From NCBI GenBank assembly GCA_002269645.1, contig NIVC01003306.1, positions 1-64,000 on the forward strand: DNA of 64,000 nt, in the 5' to 3' direction. Shown here one piece after another: positions 1 through 14,462 of this stretch (position 1 is its first letter; each line of letters opens with the position of its first letter). The notes beneath the pieces are model-generated. The model worked only from the letters and a program-made list of their open reading frames with translations. It ran no database searches and had not been told where the DNA came from. Source of the stretch: Macrostomum lignano. Lineage: Eukaryota. The position numbers were made by a program, and so were the translations under genes.

Positions 1-29
1 GATGCTCTAGCTTATAAACTCCTACTCAC

Positions 30-1838
<1,809 letters not shown>

Positions 1839-2270
1839 TAAATGGCGAATAAAGTTTGCGACTGACTCCGACTTGAATCCGCGCTCGGGTGAAAAAAGCC
1901 TCTCCGTTACAAGCTCGAAAGTTCGGAGGATTAAATGTTGAGTTCGCCATGCATTGTGACCAACAGAGGCACTGTACAAGCTGGAATGCAGCTGATAACA
2001 GCGTATCCTAGCAACGGAGCAGCTTTTTATTCAAAACACCTGAGTGGCCGTGTGTGGAGCGGCCTGCCTGCCTGCCTGACTTATCATTCTGCGAGATAAA
2101 AAATATTCAGATATATTTGGCGCCGAGTGCTGAGCGAATAATCGACAGGAATGGCTCGGCTTAACTGTGCGAACAGTCAGTCCGCTAGCTGGGTCTGCGA
2201 TCCAATGCGACTCAAAACTTTCTTCGGCTCCAGGGCGAGTTGATCTCCGTCTCAGCCGTTTTTGGGGTGC

Positions 2271-2592
2271 CCCATTCCTGTAGTGACCAGATCTCATTCC
2301 TGTAGTGACCAGATCCCATTCCTGTAGTGACCAGATCCCATTCCTGTAGTGACCAGATCTCATTCCTGTAGTGACCAGATCCCATTCCTGTAGTGACCAG
2401 ATCCCATTCCTGTAGTGACCAGATCTCATTCCTGTAGTGACCAGATCCCATTCCTGTAGTGACCAGATCCCATTCCTGTAGTGACCAGATCTCATTCCTG
2501 TAGTGACCAGATCCCATTCCTGTAGTGACCAGATCTCATTCCTGTAGTGACCAGATCCCATTCCTGTAGTGACCAGATCTCATTCCCGTATG
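2271..2592. repeat. 22-bp tandem repeat CATTCCTGTAGTGACCAGATC(C/T), about 14 copies
   Basis: Period 22 measured (2273 to 2295). Confidence 0.95.
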
Positions 2593-2945
2593 ACCAGATC
2601 CTATTTCTAGTGTGCTGGGATCCAGTTACAAGCAACAGTTAATGTTGATAGACTTGCAACAATGGCTTTTTACCTGTCAGTTTGATTAATGCATGACTTT
2701 GGTGTCAACATAAGTTCAGTTGATTGAAGAGCTGAGCTCCTCTTGTGCCCTTTGCTACTTCGTGTTTGGATTGGGTGAAGCTCTATTTGAACAGTCGGTG
2801 CCCTCGAGCGCTCATAAAAATCGCCACTTACTAGTCTGACCCGGTCCCTGAATTTCAGCCGATCCCTGACTGGGTTCAAGAGAAACATTGATCGCTAACG
2901 TTTGAACACACGCCAGCTTGCAGCGGAAAGTACAGTTCAGCAAGA

Positions 2946-4699
2946 ATGTCAGCCGTCACCTCTGGCCAGATCGTCAGCCGCTGCATCGCCAGCACCTCCG
3001 CCCACGGCTTGGCCAGAACCGTCAGCGATCGATCCCTGGCCGTTAGGATCTTCTGGCTGCTGCTGTTCCTCGCCATGGCTGTCCTGTTTGCCAGGAACTG
3101 CGCCACTTTCATCAACCAGCTGCGCCACGTCTCTGTGTCCAGCAGCTACGAGGCCGACAGCCTTAAATTCGAGTTCCCCGATTTGTACTTTTGCTTTGAT
3201 AGTCCGTTTTCCGGCAGTCGCTACCTGGCAGCCGGAGCCCAGGTGGCGGCAGAGGTGAAGGCCAGGTTCGCTGACGTGACCGCAGCACTTGAGCGCTGGT
3301 GTCCCGCAAACTCTACCGGAAAGCCACTCGCGTGCTCGGCGCTGCCGCTGCTGGCGCAGTTCCTCTACACGAACTGTCTGCCCTTTGACCTGGCCATCGA
3401 CAAGCTGGGACGCACCATGGCCCAGACTGTGATGGAGGCGAAGATGGCTGTTGGCTCGGGACTGAAGACCACTGTGATGGATCTCCAACTCGAAGAGTTC
3501 TTTCATCCGTATCACCTGCGCTGCTTCCGGCTGCGTCTGACAGACACACAGCGTGGTCTGCTGAAAACCGCCGGTCCCTTCAATGGCGTCTTCATCACTC
3601 TGATGATGGACACCCCAGACGATAGAATGCCGAAGCCGGCGCAGAATGCCAGCTTGCCGAGCCTGACGGATTTCTATGGCAAGCAGTTGCGACCGCCCAG
3701 GTGGATGCTCGCCCAGAGGTCTGGTTCACCTCCAAGAACCAGCCGGAGGTTCGGCTTTACATCGTATCGCCTGGGCGTTATCCAAATCCGTTCGACACAA
3801 ATCAGCTGCTTGAAGGGGGTAAATTTCACACACTTCAGCTCAGCATGCAGGAGGAGGCTTACGATATTGACCAGTTTGGAAATAAAAAGTGCCTGCCCAG
3901 CCACAGCGACGTGTACTTCTTGAATCCGTACAACAATTCCGCCTACAGGTTTAAGTACAGCAAGGAGTACTGCTATTATGCGTCACAGATGGAGGATCTC
4001 GAACAAGCCATCAACGGCAGCTTGGGCTACATGCCGCAGCCGTGGCTCGGCAGCAGCAAGAAATCCATCTGGAATCTCTCTGAGAGCGACGGTTTCTTCA
4101 ACACGCAGATCCTCCTGCCGAATGCAACCAGCGGCACCCTGGAGACGGGCAGCAAAGCACCTTCAAGCGACAGCGCCAAGTGCGAACACCAAATGCTGTG
4201 CGTGCAGCGCCGCTATCAGGTCACCACCGCATCGAGCGTTCCCTGGCCCCCAGGTGGTGACACCAGCATGGTGCTTGCGTTGGTGAAACTGCGACTGAAG
4301 AATGCGCCTCTTGGCGAGCAACTTTTAGCGTTGGAATTCGCCAACTCCTTGCTTACTGCCGCCAATGCCAGCACGGACGTTGCTGCAGATGTGCAGAGAT
4401 ACGTGCGCGAGAACTGGCTGAAGTTGCGCGTCACCAGCCAGAAAAGCACCGCCAATCGGATTTCCTTCTCCTACGCGTATTCGATAGACAGCTTCTTTGG
4501 CGACGTTGGCGGCATCATGGGCATGTACCTCGGCATGTCCCTCCTGACTATGTGCGAGCTGATCGAGCTGCTGCACGACTTCATCCTGGCCTGGTTGCGA
4601 CGTAGTGGGAAGGCGCGCATCGACGAAGTAAACAATCCGACAAACTGCGACACGGGGACCGGCGTTGAAGTGAAAGCCATGCCGAGCTGCCAAACCTGA
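2946..4699 (+). CDS. DEG/ENaC (ASIC-like) channel subunit, intronless, one frameshift at about 3626-3750
   Basis: STSAHG pre-TM1 motif, TM1, FEFPDLYFC in ORF 2946-3923. FFGDVGGIMGMYLGMS TM2/GxS filter in overlapping ORF 3701-4699, whose frame is open from 3626. Confidence 0.85.
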
Positions 4700-6099
4700 C
4701 AGCAGAATTCACTGGTGAGGGTGAGGGCTCAGCATCAGATTTGTTATGATTTTGCCAATAGGGAATGTCAACTTAGTCCCGAAATGGAAGCAATGTACCA
4801 GAGGGGCGCTTTCGCTATCGGATCCTTATTGGACCGGCAATGAGTGTAGATCCCATCTCTCTATGTCTCACTAGACTCCAATGGTATACATGGGATAAAT
4901 GTGCATTTTATGCCTACTCAAGGTTCCAGAATGAAAAGCGATGAAGTGGGCCGGATTTTTATGATTCCACACCCCTGCGCCCTCCTCTCCTCCGCGCCTC
5001 CCCTCTCCGCTGAGTGCCGGGGGTTTTAAACCCCGGTTTTTCTGGCGCTTCCATTTTGGGAGTAAATTAACTCCCCCTTTACAAGGCTAGGGGCTTGGGG
5101 ATTATCATGGAGCTCAAGTACTATTTACAATTTTCCTTAATCCAACAAAAGGCTGTATGGTTTTCGATTATTTTCAGATTGAAAGAAGGAAAATACAGCT
5201 AGCTATAGTTTATTATCTGATATGCTATGAGTATCTTTGCAGCTTTGCGCCTCTTCTGTAATTTTTTACTTCAGCTGTTTCTGTCAGTTCCTTCCTGGAC
5301 TTGCTTTTCAAATTCATTTACGCTACCTTTGGTTCATACAGTTACAGTATAATAGCTGTTTCCGCGCTAGCGAGACCGATACATGTGTGAACGGGTACTC
5401 GCACTAAATTAAACGAAAATTTGAAGCGCTAAGCAAACTTTTAAAATATTTACGCTGCTACTTTGAATGAACATTTACGGTTTTTTGCAGCCGTTTGAAT
5501 TCGTGTATCTTCCACTATACAATGATTGGACTGAATGGCACAGATGTTTCTGTCAGAGAGGTCCGCCTGTGCTAAGTTTTAGGGTCGGGTACGAGTATTC
5601 CAGCTCTAGCCTGGGAATCGAGAGGGTCCTGAAAACAGCAAAAAACAGTGCAAGGAATAATTCGGGGTCTTACCTTTTTCCTTCGTCCAGGCCTCAAGAG
5701 CTAGCCAAAAGATAGCGACCGGGGTGACCTTAGCCCTTAACGGCCCCACCAAAAGCAGCTGAGAAGCTCCTCGGCTAAGAGCCACGTACTGCGCGGTGCT
5801 ACCGCATTGGGCCCCTTGGAGATACAAGGATTAAAGCCTGCGGACTGGCCACATACCCAGTCAGAGGTCAGAGGGTAAAAACCTGTTCCTTATAGCTGTG
5901 GCCAGAGGTACCTGATACGCACAGGTGCACTTCTGGGTAAAACCGGCATGTTGCACATGTACCCACAACACGACCAAGACAAACCATGCAAGGTCACGGC
6001 GAGGATGTTGCCGCCGGAGCTGAATCAGTCCAGCATCCCTATAGGGCTGCCTGGAACAAATGCGGGACGTGCGTGGGACCGCGTGCATGGGGAGAGACG

Positions 6100-6499
6100 C
6101 AGTGGCGTAGCTAGGATTTTGAAAAGGGGGGATAACTTTTAGGGACAAAACAATTGACTGATAAAATAGTTTTTTTCATTTTTTCCTGAAAAAAATGCAT
6201 TTAAAAAGTATCAAAATTATGTTTTTTAGGCTAAAAAAACTTTACTTTGTTAAAATCAGAATAAAGCCGGCAGACGTCTGTCCTAACTAGGGCAGTTTAG
6301 TAACTAGGGATTTGCGGAAATATCGTTTAAAACATTTTATTACGAGCGTAGCAATTTACGAGTGAAATAGGCCCGTTTTGGCAATTTTGCTAAGTCTGAG
6401 CCGCTTATTTTGCATTTTTAAAAAAACCTCACTTTCGTTTCCTATAAATCATCAAAATGGGGGATATTACCCCCGTCTACCCCCCTAGCTACGCTACTG
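6100..6499. mobile_element. 400-bp MITE with 16-bp TIRs (hAT-like CAGT end)
   Basis: CAGTGGCGTAGCTAGG at 6100 and CCTAGCTACGCTACTG ending 6499 (1 mismatch). Flanks ggagagacg / ggagagaga resemble a decayed TSD. AT-rich non-coding interior. Confidence 0.7.
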
Positions 6500-6536
6500 G
6501 GAGAGAGATTTAGCCGAGCGAAGGCCAGCTGAGGAA

Positions 6537-6823
6537 AGAACTTGGCCTCGAGTTGGGGCCAGTTTGCAAAGGAACTTGGCCTCGAGTTGGGGCCAGTTTG
6601 CAAAGGAACTTGGCCTCGAGTTGGGGCCAGTTAGTAAAGGAACTTGGCCTCCAGTTGGGGCCAGTTAGTAAAGGAACTTGGCCTCCAGTTGGGGCCAGTT
6701 AGTAAAGGAATTTGGCCTTCAGCGGAGGCCAGTTTTGAAAGGAATTTGGCCATCAGCGGAGGCCAGTTTTGAAAGGAATTTGGCCATCAGCGGAGGCCAG
6801 TTTTGAAAGGAACTTGGCCTCGA
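6537..6823. repeat. 34-bp tandem repeat, about 8.4 copies, with internal TGGCC...GGCCA dyad
   Basis: Unit starts at 6571, 6605, 6639, 6673, 6707, 6741, 6775, 6809. Confidence 0.9.
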
Positions 6824-8916
6824 GGTGGAATCGCAGTGAAGATTTTGTACTCTAGAATTCTAGACATAAGAGCATTGTATATAAAAGTATTGTACTGGGA
6901 TAGCTACCTGGTAGTTTTAAAAATAAGGGCACTAGCTCATATGTGTACAAAAGTATCGAAAAATAATGTAGTAACAAAAAGCTAAAAAGCATGCAAAGGT
7001 GTATTCAGCACGCCAGTGAAGTATGAGACAGACCAGGCCTATGGGCTAAGATCTACGATGCTTCACGCCTGCCCCTATCTTCAGCAGGTCAAGGCTGGTG
7101 GGAGGTCTGCACCCTCTACGGTATTTGCCTCTGGCAGCCGCAGACTCCCCCACGCTGTCTCGCAAGTCGACCCAGGGGTACTCGTCCCCGCGTGTGTTCA
7201 AGGCAGACCCTAGGGCTGCTGGACAGACTGGGCTCCGGCGCTGGGGACCCATCCAGTGGCTTTTGCCGAACTTGGGTATGCGGGTCTGGCTTGCCAGCCT
7301 GCAGGCCGTGGTACTGCTTAAACATACCCCCAAATGCCTAAGGTGTTTGACCGTGCCGATGGGCTGGAAGGCCGGGGGGGGGTTGTCCGGTCGCTAGCGG
7401 TCCTTCTCTCTCTTCTCTTCTTTCCTCATTCTTTTGTGACTCAGCTCACTCCTTCCCGCTTTCAGCTATGGCATCCTCCGCCTCTAAAAATCCCGCTGAA
7501 GCTGGGACCCCGGCAACTCCGGCCGGTGATTCTGGAGCCAGCGCCGCCCCACCTGGCACAGATGGGCTTGCCGCCGGCTCGTCTGGCGACAAGCCCACAC
7601 GCGCACCCGGGCCGACGTGCTCGCAACCAACGCCACAATGAGCGGCGACGGCGTCAACGGGAAGCCGGCCACCAGCGGAGGGGGAACCAAGGGAGGCGAG
7701 GCTGCTGTTGGGCCGAAAGGAGCCACAGTGACCCCTGCCCCCAGGATACAACCCCCGCTGGTGAGCCACTCAGCAAACCCGCAACCAGCGCGGCCGGGCC
7801 TTCGGGAACCGCCGCAATCAACAACGCCTCAAAGGTGCAGCTCCAACCGGCGATCAAGCTCCAACCGGTGGTCATCGTCTTCGGGGAAGAGCAAGACCTC
7901 GCTGCCGATGAGCTCGACAGTGTCTGGACTTGGAGCACCATCGATGCTGCGCTCATTGACCAGCTCCTAGCGGGCCGCCCCGTGAGCGTGGTCAAATCTG
8001 CCAAGAAAGCTTAAAATCAACATTTGATATATTTCTATTCCTAAATTTGCGACTCTTGGACTCTGACTGCCCTCGATTTGCTCACCACCTCCCGGCCCAT
8101 TTTGATCTGAACTGTACAGCGACATTTAATCCTCTATTGTTATTTCGTGCACTGTGCAATTTTATATTTATCCGTATACTGCACTCACCGATAGGAGGAA
8201 ATCAGACTGCAGGCTGCCGAACGAGACGAGAATTCGAGCTAAACGCCCCGGCAAGTGACGAGCACACATTATTTGAGGAAAGCAAAAGCAGTAAAATGAA
8301 CACCCAAAAAGCTTCAGCAGAATAAAAACAACAAGGCAGGTGTACAAAATAGTTAAGACACAAAACTCACTGCACGCGGTAGCTCGAACGAAAAGCGATT
8401 GAAACGTTTCATTGACCCGCTTTCATCCGCGTGAAAAGCTTTCCCTCCAGCAATTAAAATTACTCATTTGAAATATGCTTTAAATTTAAACTTCGAGAGG
8501 TGTCCCAGAAGTCGGGGCAATTTCTTCATAAAGCACGGGAGGACACGGAATGAAAATGGAATACGAGTAACTGGGCTGCAATTGAAAGTGCGGACGCAGT
8601 TTGGAAAATGGAGTTGGGAGAATTCCCGGATGAGTTGATCCGTCTGTTAAACGTCTGGAAACAGCTGTCCAAGCGGGAAACTTGCAGCTGCCTACATATT
8701 ATTGGGTGTCTAACATGGAGAACAAGAATTGGAGTTTCACGCCACCAGACTGTACGGATACAGTTATCGATTAGAACTATGATTGGAACACAGTCTGCCA
8801 TTCACTCGCTTGCCCAGTGCCGCTAAGCTATGGAAAATGTGTGCGAATTGGTGAGTGGAGTGGGAAGGGAGGCAAGTTGGTGTGTGCAGTTCGACCACGT
8901 ATTGTTTTTAAGTCTT

Positions 8917-9338
8917 TCCGTGTCTTGCTGCAATTGTCTCGGCTGAGCCATAGAATTCTGACATCTGGCCTCCGTGTCTTGCTGCAATTGTCTCGGCTGA
9001 GCCATAGAATTCTGACATCTGGCCTCCGTGTCTTGCTGCAATTGTCTCGGCTGAGCCATAGAAATCTGACATCTGGCCTCCGTGTCTTGCTGCAATTGTC
9101 TCGGCTGAGCCATAGAATTCTGAGATCTGGCCTCCGTGTCTTGCTGCAATTGTCTCGGCTGAGCCATAGAATTCTGACATCTGGCCTCCGTGTCTTGCTG
9201 CAATTGTCTCGGCTGAGCCATAGAATTCTGACATCTGGCCTCCGTGTCTTGCTGCAATTGTCTCGGCTGAGCCATAGAATTCTGACATCTGGCCTCCGTG
9301 TCTTGCTGCAATTGTCTCGGCTAAGCCATATAATTCTG
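8917..9338. repeat. 54-bp tandem repeat, left block, about 7.8 copies
   Basis: TCCGTGTCTTGCTGCAATTGTCTCGGCTGAGCCATAGAATTCTGACATCTGGCC; period 54 (8917 to 8971). Confidence 0.95.
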
Positions 9339-9343
9339 GGGAT

Positions 9344-9545
9344 AGCGACGTTTGCCTGCGGGACGTTTGCCAGCCGACGTTTGCCTGCGGGACGTTTGCC
9401 AGCCGACATTTGCCAGCCGACGTTTGCCAGCCGACGTTTGCCAGCGGGACGTTTGCCAGCCGAAGTTTGCCTGCCGGACGTTTGCCTGCGGGACGTTTGC
9501 CAGCCGACGTTTGCCTGCCGGAAGTTTGCCAGCCAAAATTTGCTA
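9344..9545. repeat. About 14-bp degenerate tandem repeat GACGTTTGCC(A/T)GC(C/G)
   Basis: Read directly. Confidence 0.85.
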
Positions 9546-9768
9546 GCCAATATAAAGCCAGTCAGTGAAAAATTTGATACTGAAATATTTGCAGTTTAGC
9601 AGTTTGACAAAAACCGTTTTTACTCCAACTTTTTGACGGTTATTCGCATTCGCATGTATACAAGTTTGAAAGCAAAATATATAAATTATGCAGTTCATCA
9701 GTCTAACGTCTAATATCTAGTTTAACAACGATTTTAAATAAAGCTTAAGATCAACATTTAAGGCGAAA

Positions 9769-9806
9769 ACCAACGCGTTTCAACCCACTAGGGCCGTCGT
9801 CAGGGT
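9769..9806 (-). ncRNA. Minimal type I hammerhead ribozyme motif, probably decayed, in the Penelope 3' region
   Basis: Minus strand ACC-CUGACGA-C-GGCCC-UAGU-GGGUU-GAAA-C-GC-GU-U-GGU. CUGANGA and GAAA cores, stem II, palindromic ACGCGU stem III, stem I ACC/GGU. Confidence 0.6.
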
Positions 9807-9941
9807 ATATTTTATCACTGAACGAAACACTCAATATAAATAAGCAAACGATTGTACTATCTCAAGTGTCAAATTGAAAACGGGAGGGTAACCAATGTAC
9901 GAAAAACATAAAAAAACTAGGGGTTGGAGTTAAGCGAGAAC

Positions 9942-9979
<38 letters not shown>

Positions 9980-10029
9980 CAAACAGATGTAAAAAAACAA
10001 AATGTACGCGCAACAAAAAACAGTCAAAC

Positions 10030-11160
10030 TCAAAACACCCTAAGAAGGTGGCCCGCACCACTATGTAGCAATTGCACATTGAGACTGGGATTTTGAGCTT
10101 TGATGTGCAGCGCTTCAAGAATGCTAAGCTTGAATTCAGAGTTAGCACGGTCGATAATTTTAAACAATTCAATCTGTTCTCTGTCACAGCAGCCCTTGCA
10201 TTCCAGAAGGTGGTCCTGGATAGCAGATTTTTTCAGCCAATGCTCCCTAACTCTGGTGTGCAGGTGTCTTTTGGTTTTTCCCACGTAAGAGATATTCTGA
10301 TCTTCAGAACAACAAAATTTATAGACGACACCTGCAACTAGAGCACGAGGAACATGGGACTTGAGATTGCTGACAAATTGACCCACCTTGGCAGTGCGAA
10401 AGACAATCCTAATCGGAGTGTTGTACCATTTCCGAAAAGATCTCTCAAGCTTCTTTTTCAACAAGATAGACGGGATACCATAGAACGGCAAGATCATCAC
10501 GGGGTCATCCGGCTTTTTACTATGATTCTGTTGCAGTCTGCCAGTAACCTTATCAGTGACAAACTTGAAAATCAACCGACTAATGAGATTTTTTGGGTAT
10601 CCGTTCATACTGAAAATCCTAGTCAAATTTTTCACCTCCTCATCAAACGCAGCCCAGGAACTACACAGAGAGTAAGCTCTGTGCAGCATACAATGGATCA
10701 GGCCAATATTCCACTGTTTCGGACAGAGGGCATTGAAATTCAACAGTAAACCAGTAAACGTGGGCTTGCGATAAACCCGAGTAGAGACTTGGCCACTGCT
10801 CAGATCAACCTCAACATCGAGAAACGGAAGTTTTTTACCTCCCATCTCAACGGTGAATTGGATGTTGCTGTGGGTTGAATTCAGAGCCCGAAAAAACTCT
10901 TGGTACTTAGCCCGGTCATCAAAAATGACAAAAGTGTCATCAACATAGCGCTTGTAGAAAGTTGGCGCACACTCAAGCGACATCCACTCCGTTTCCCAGT
11001 GCGCCATGCAAACATTGGCCAGAGTAGGAGCAAGCGGGCTTCCCATGGCACAACCATCAATCTGGCGATAATATTTGTCATCAAACATGAAGATGCCAGA
11101 GGTAGCGAAGCCTAACAACTTTTTGAACACAGTCTTTGGTAACCCAGGCGGATTCTCATT
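10030..11160 (-). mobile_element. 5'-truncated Penelope-like element: reverse transcriptase plus GIY-YIG endonuclease
   Basis: YYRQIDGCAMGSPLAPTLAN, YKRYVDDTF, LPFLDVEV; C-terminal GVVY...YVGKTKRHLHTRVREH and LEALHI...PSLN. Frame is cut by TAA just above 11160. Confidence 0.93.
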
Positions 11161-11227
11161 TTATTCTTATATCATTTTGATAAAATGCGTCTTATTCTCA
11201 TTTTGATATTCCATTTTTTAGTCTATG

Positions 11228-11427
11228 GCCATAGAATTCTGACATCTGGCCTCCGTGTCTTGCTGCAATTGTCTCGGCTGAGCCATAGAATTCTGACATC
11301 TGGCCTCCGTGTCTTGCTGCAATTGTCTCGGCTGAGCCATAGAAATCTGAGATCTGGCCTCCGTGTCTTGCTGCAATTGTCTCGGCTGAGCCATAGAAAT
11401 CTGAGATCTGGCCTCCGTGTCTTGCTG
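11228..11427. repeat. 54-bp tandem repeat, right block, about 3.7 copies
   Basis: Same unit as 8917-9338. Confidence 0.95.
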
Positions 11428-12540
11428 AAATTCGTTTCTGACCCACAGTCCGTCCCATTCGTTGAATATAGCGATGTTCTGCACTTGGAAGCTCATGGAC
11501 AGCAGAGAGAAGTTCCTCGAGGTCATGAAGTGAGTCACAAACTCGTAATGTTCGGACAATTGCGGTCGGTTACTGATTTTTTTCCTCCAGAACTCCATCT
11601 GCAGCGCCATGATGTTGATCGCTCTCTGAACAGCTTCTCACCAGTCTTCATGAACAGGTGCTCACCAGACTCGATATCCATCTTGATGACCACATTCTTG
11701 GTGCCGATGTGCGCTCGAAGCTCGTCCGCTTTAACAGTGGTCACGGAAATCGTGTCCTCGATTAACTTCGTGGCCTGCCATTTCCAGTCAGTCGATCCGC
11801 CCGAGCCGCCTCCAACATTGCAATTCATGCTGTCAGCGTCCCAACTGATCCGCTTGACTGCCACGTCGTCGCTCTGATGAAGCCCCAGAAGAGCCTCAGC
11901 TTGTCGTCAAGCAAGTTCAGCTGCTTCGCTGACATCTGCAGCCTGACCAGTGTGCGAATGTTTGCATCGATGGCCACCACGGGATACCCGAGCTCTCTGG
12001 CCTGCAGGCTGTAGATGCCAATGTTGCTGCCGATATCGAGGAACGTCGCAGAGTTTTTCGGAAGCTTCTGTAACAGGTTGAGCATCGTCCGAATAGAGTC
12101 AGCTTCCCATGCGCCGTTTTTTATCAATAGTCTGGAAATCATGTCCTCCTTAACTTGCCGAATGTGAATATCGGCATTCGGCCGCCGCCCATCGCTCGGG
12201 CCACATTGGCTAGAGGAGACCCTTGTCTGACAATGGTGTACATCTGCTGCGGTAAGTTCCTGTTCAGCTCACACAGAGGAAACTTGCCCCTGACTAACTG
12301 GTAGGCCAGCGTCTCCTGACACAGCCGGTGCCGCAGGCTGGGGTTCGTGAAGTCGACGTTGTGGAGCTCGTTGAACGGAGGACAGTTCTTGATCATTTCG
12401 ACATCGATCAGCGTTGGCAGCGACTCTGCAGCGGTCAGGCCTTTGTTTCGAATGAGATGTACTTTTGAAGCGGTCAAATTGTTGGGCCTTGTTGGCAGTG
12501 ACTCTGAAGCTACCAAATTTTTTCTCCCAAGCAGTTGCAT
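11428..12540 (-). pseudogene. FkbM-family (Methyltransf_21) SAM-dependent methyltransferase, broken into at least 3 frames
   Basis: EDMIS...GAWE, FLDIGSNIGIYSL (motif I), VVIKMDIESGE, ALQMEF and WDGLW are spread over ORFs 11825-12142, 11535-11864 and 11218-11610. Confidence 0.75.
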
Positions 12541-14462
12541 CTTTGAATGGGTCCAGTTTTGTTACCGAAGTAAATGCGCCACAGTGATATTAGTACACTT
12601 TGAATGGGTCCAGTTTTGTTTCCGAAGTAGATACGCCACAGTGATTAGTACACATTCGCAATGCCACAAGTACTAAATTTTGGTTAGTTCTCATTGCATT
12701 GACTGTCCTGGAGTGGAGTTATTGTTGTCTGTCTCAGTTGTCTGTCTCTGTCCTTCCTGCCTGTGTCGCAAGCTGCAGTGCGACAACTTAACGCGCAGAA
12801 TTCGTTGATTTTGGCGGTGAGGTGGATTTCAGAGCCAATGCGCATTCAGTGCCTATCTAATTGGTCCAGACGCGGCAACTGAGCAATAGCAAAGTTATAT
12901 CATTGCAAAGATCTTGCACGTTCTTGCAAGTACTTGCGCAGCAACCCAAGAAGATAGATAAGATCTAAGAATCAACAAGTCAATGTCTTCTAGGGTGGCC
13001 ACTTGAAGTGCGAATCGTTAACTGCCAAAGCAACCGACAGGTCTCTGTGGTGCCGGAACCGTCAGCTCCCCGAAGATGTCAGTTTGCATCTCACTCAAAG
13101 GCTGAGACGGCCCGGCCGTCTCGTCGGTGTGAGCAGCACCGGTGTGAGCATTATTTTATCTGCTTATCAACAATTAAGAGTAAAAATCTTGAATTTCAAG
13201 AATTTATTTTATGTTTTTTAGCAGAAAAAAAACAAACAAGAACAACTTTGTTTAACATGACAGTTAAAAACAGTTTAAATTGTCTTGATTAATTCTCACT
13301 TAAATCACACTCGCGCTCGTCGCATGCTAAAACTGGCCAGCATTCGCCCGGCACGGAACTGGAGCTGGTTTTTCAGTGTTTATAAATTTAGTTAATCCAG
13401 GTTAAATCTTAAAACCTATGTTAATGACTAGTTGAAAGGACACAAAAATTACTTGACAATTCAAGGCAATACCCAATAAGCCTAATCTAGCTTAAGGTTA
13501 AGTCAATGAGCAGTCTGAGTGGTGCTTAATTTAGCGCAGACCAGACTATCCGACCGACTAGGCCGTAGCCTTTTCGTAAATCGCATACAAAAGTAAATCC
13601 GGTGCAATTTAAGCCATAATAGTTGGAAAATCGCATTTTATTCCAGTGTTAGTCCTACATTAGGAGTAAGGCTTTCTTCCAACCAATAGACTAGGCCCTA
13701 GCCTTGGCGCTATGCCTTGGCTTGCTGTGCTGTAGACCCCTACCCTACTCTAGTTTTGCACGAGTCTATTGAAAAATACATATACTATAGATAAAATATT
13801 TAGGCCTATAGAGTATAATCAACTGAGCCTTATACTGGCAGCTATAGATATTAATATAGGCCTACTAAATATTTGATATTCAATAATAACTGGATATTAA
13901 TATAAAATTTTAATTAGGGCCTAAAACAATTAGGCCTAATAAATAATAGTGTTGATAATAGGCCTAGCCTAGACAAGGGCCTACTTTTCAAATGCAAAGA
14001 CACAAAATACCAACTTAATTAATCTTGGGCCTAACTTTGGCAATAGGCCTATATTTTGTATTTTTTGACCTAGTCAAAAAATTGAGCTTGGAATTGGACT
14101 AAGGTTTAAAGTAATAATAGGCCTATACAAAAGCAAATAAGAAATTCTAACTTTTATTAGTTTTAGCTTGATAGGTAGATAGGCCTAGTCAAAATCAAAT
14201 TATTAATCTGCCTTAAAATTTAATAAGTCATATAAGAGTTATATTGTAACATGAGTGGCTATTTTGGATATCCAACTGCTGCAACTGGATTTAGGTAAGT
14301 TTCTAGCTTAAATAGCTAATCTTATATATGTGAAATTGGCATCTCCCCCTAGCCTAGCTAGTAATCTTTCCTTACCCAACTGTAAATTATTTTCTAAGTT
14401 TTTTTGAATTTTTTATATTTAAAATGTAAATATTTTTACAGGCTTACGATAAAAGCTAAAAG

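Noticed and set aside
7016-8014. GC-rich block with ORFs of 226 and 117 aa
   Set aside because: No recognisable motif or consistent frame; could be an unknown gene or element fragment but unsupported.
13104-13122. Palindrome GAGACGGCC-C-GGCCGTCTC as a Helitron 3' hairpin
   Set aside because: No CTRR at the expected distance and no matching 5' end.
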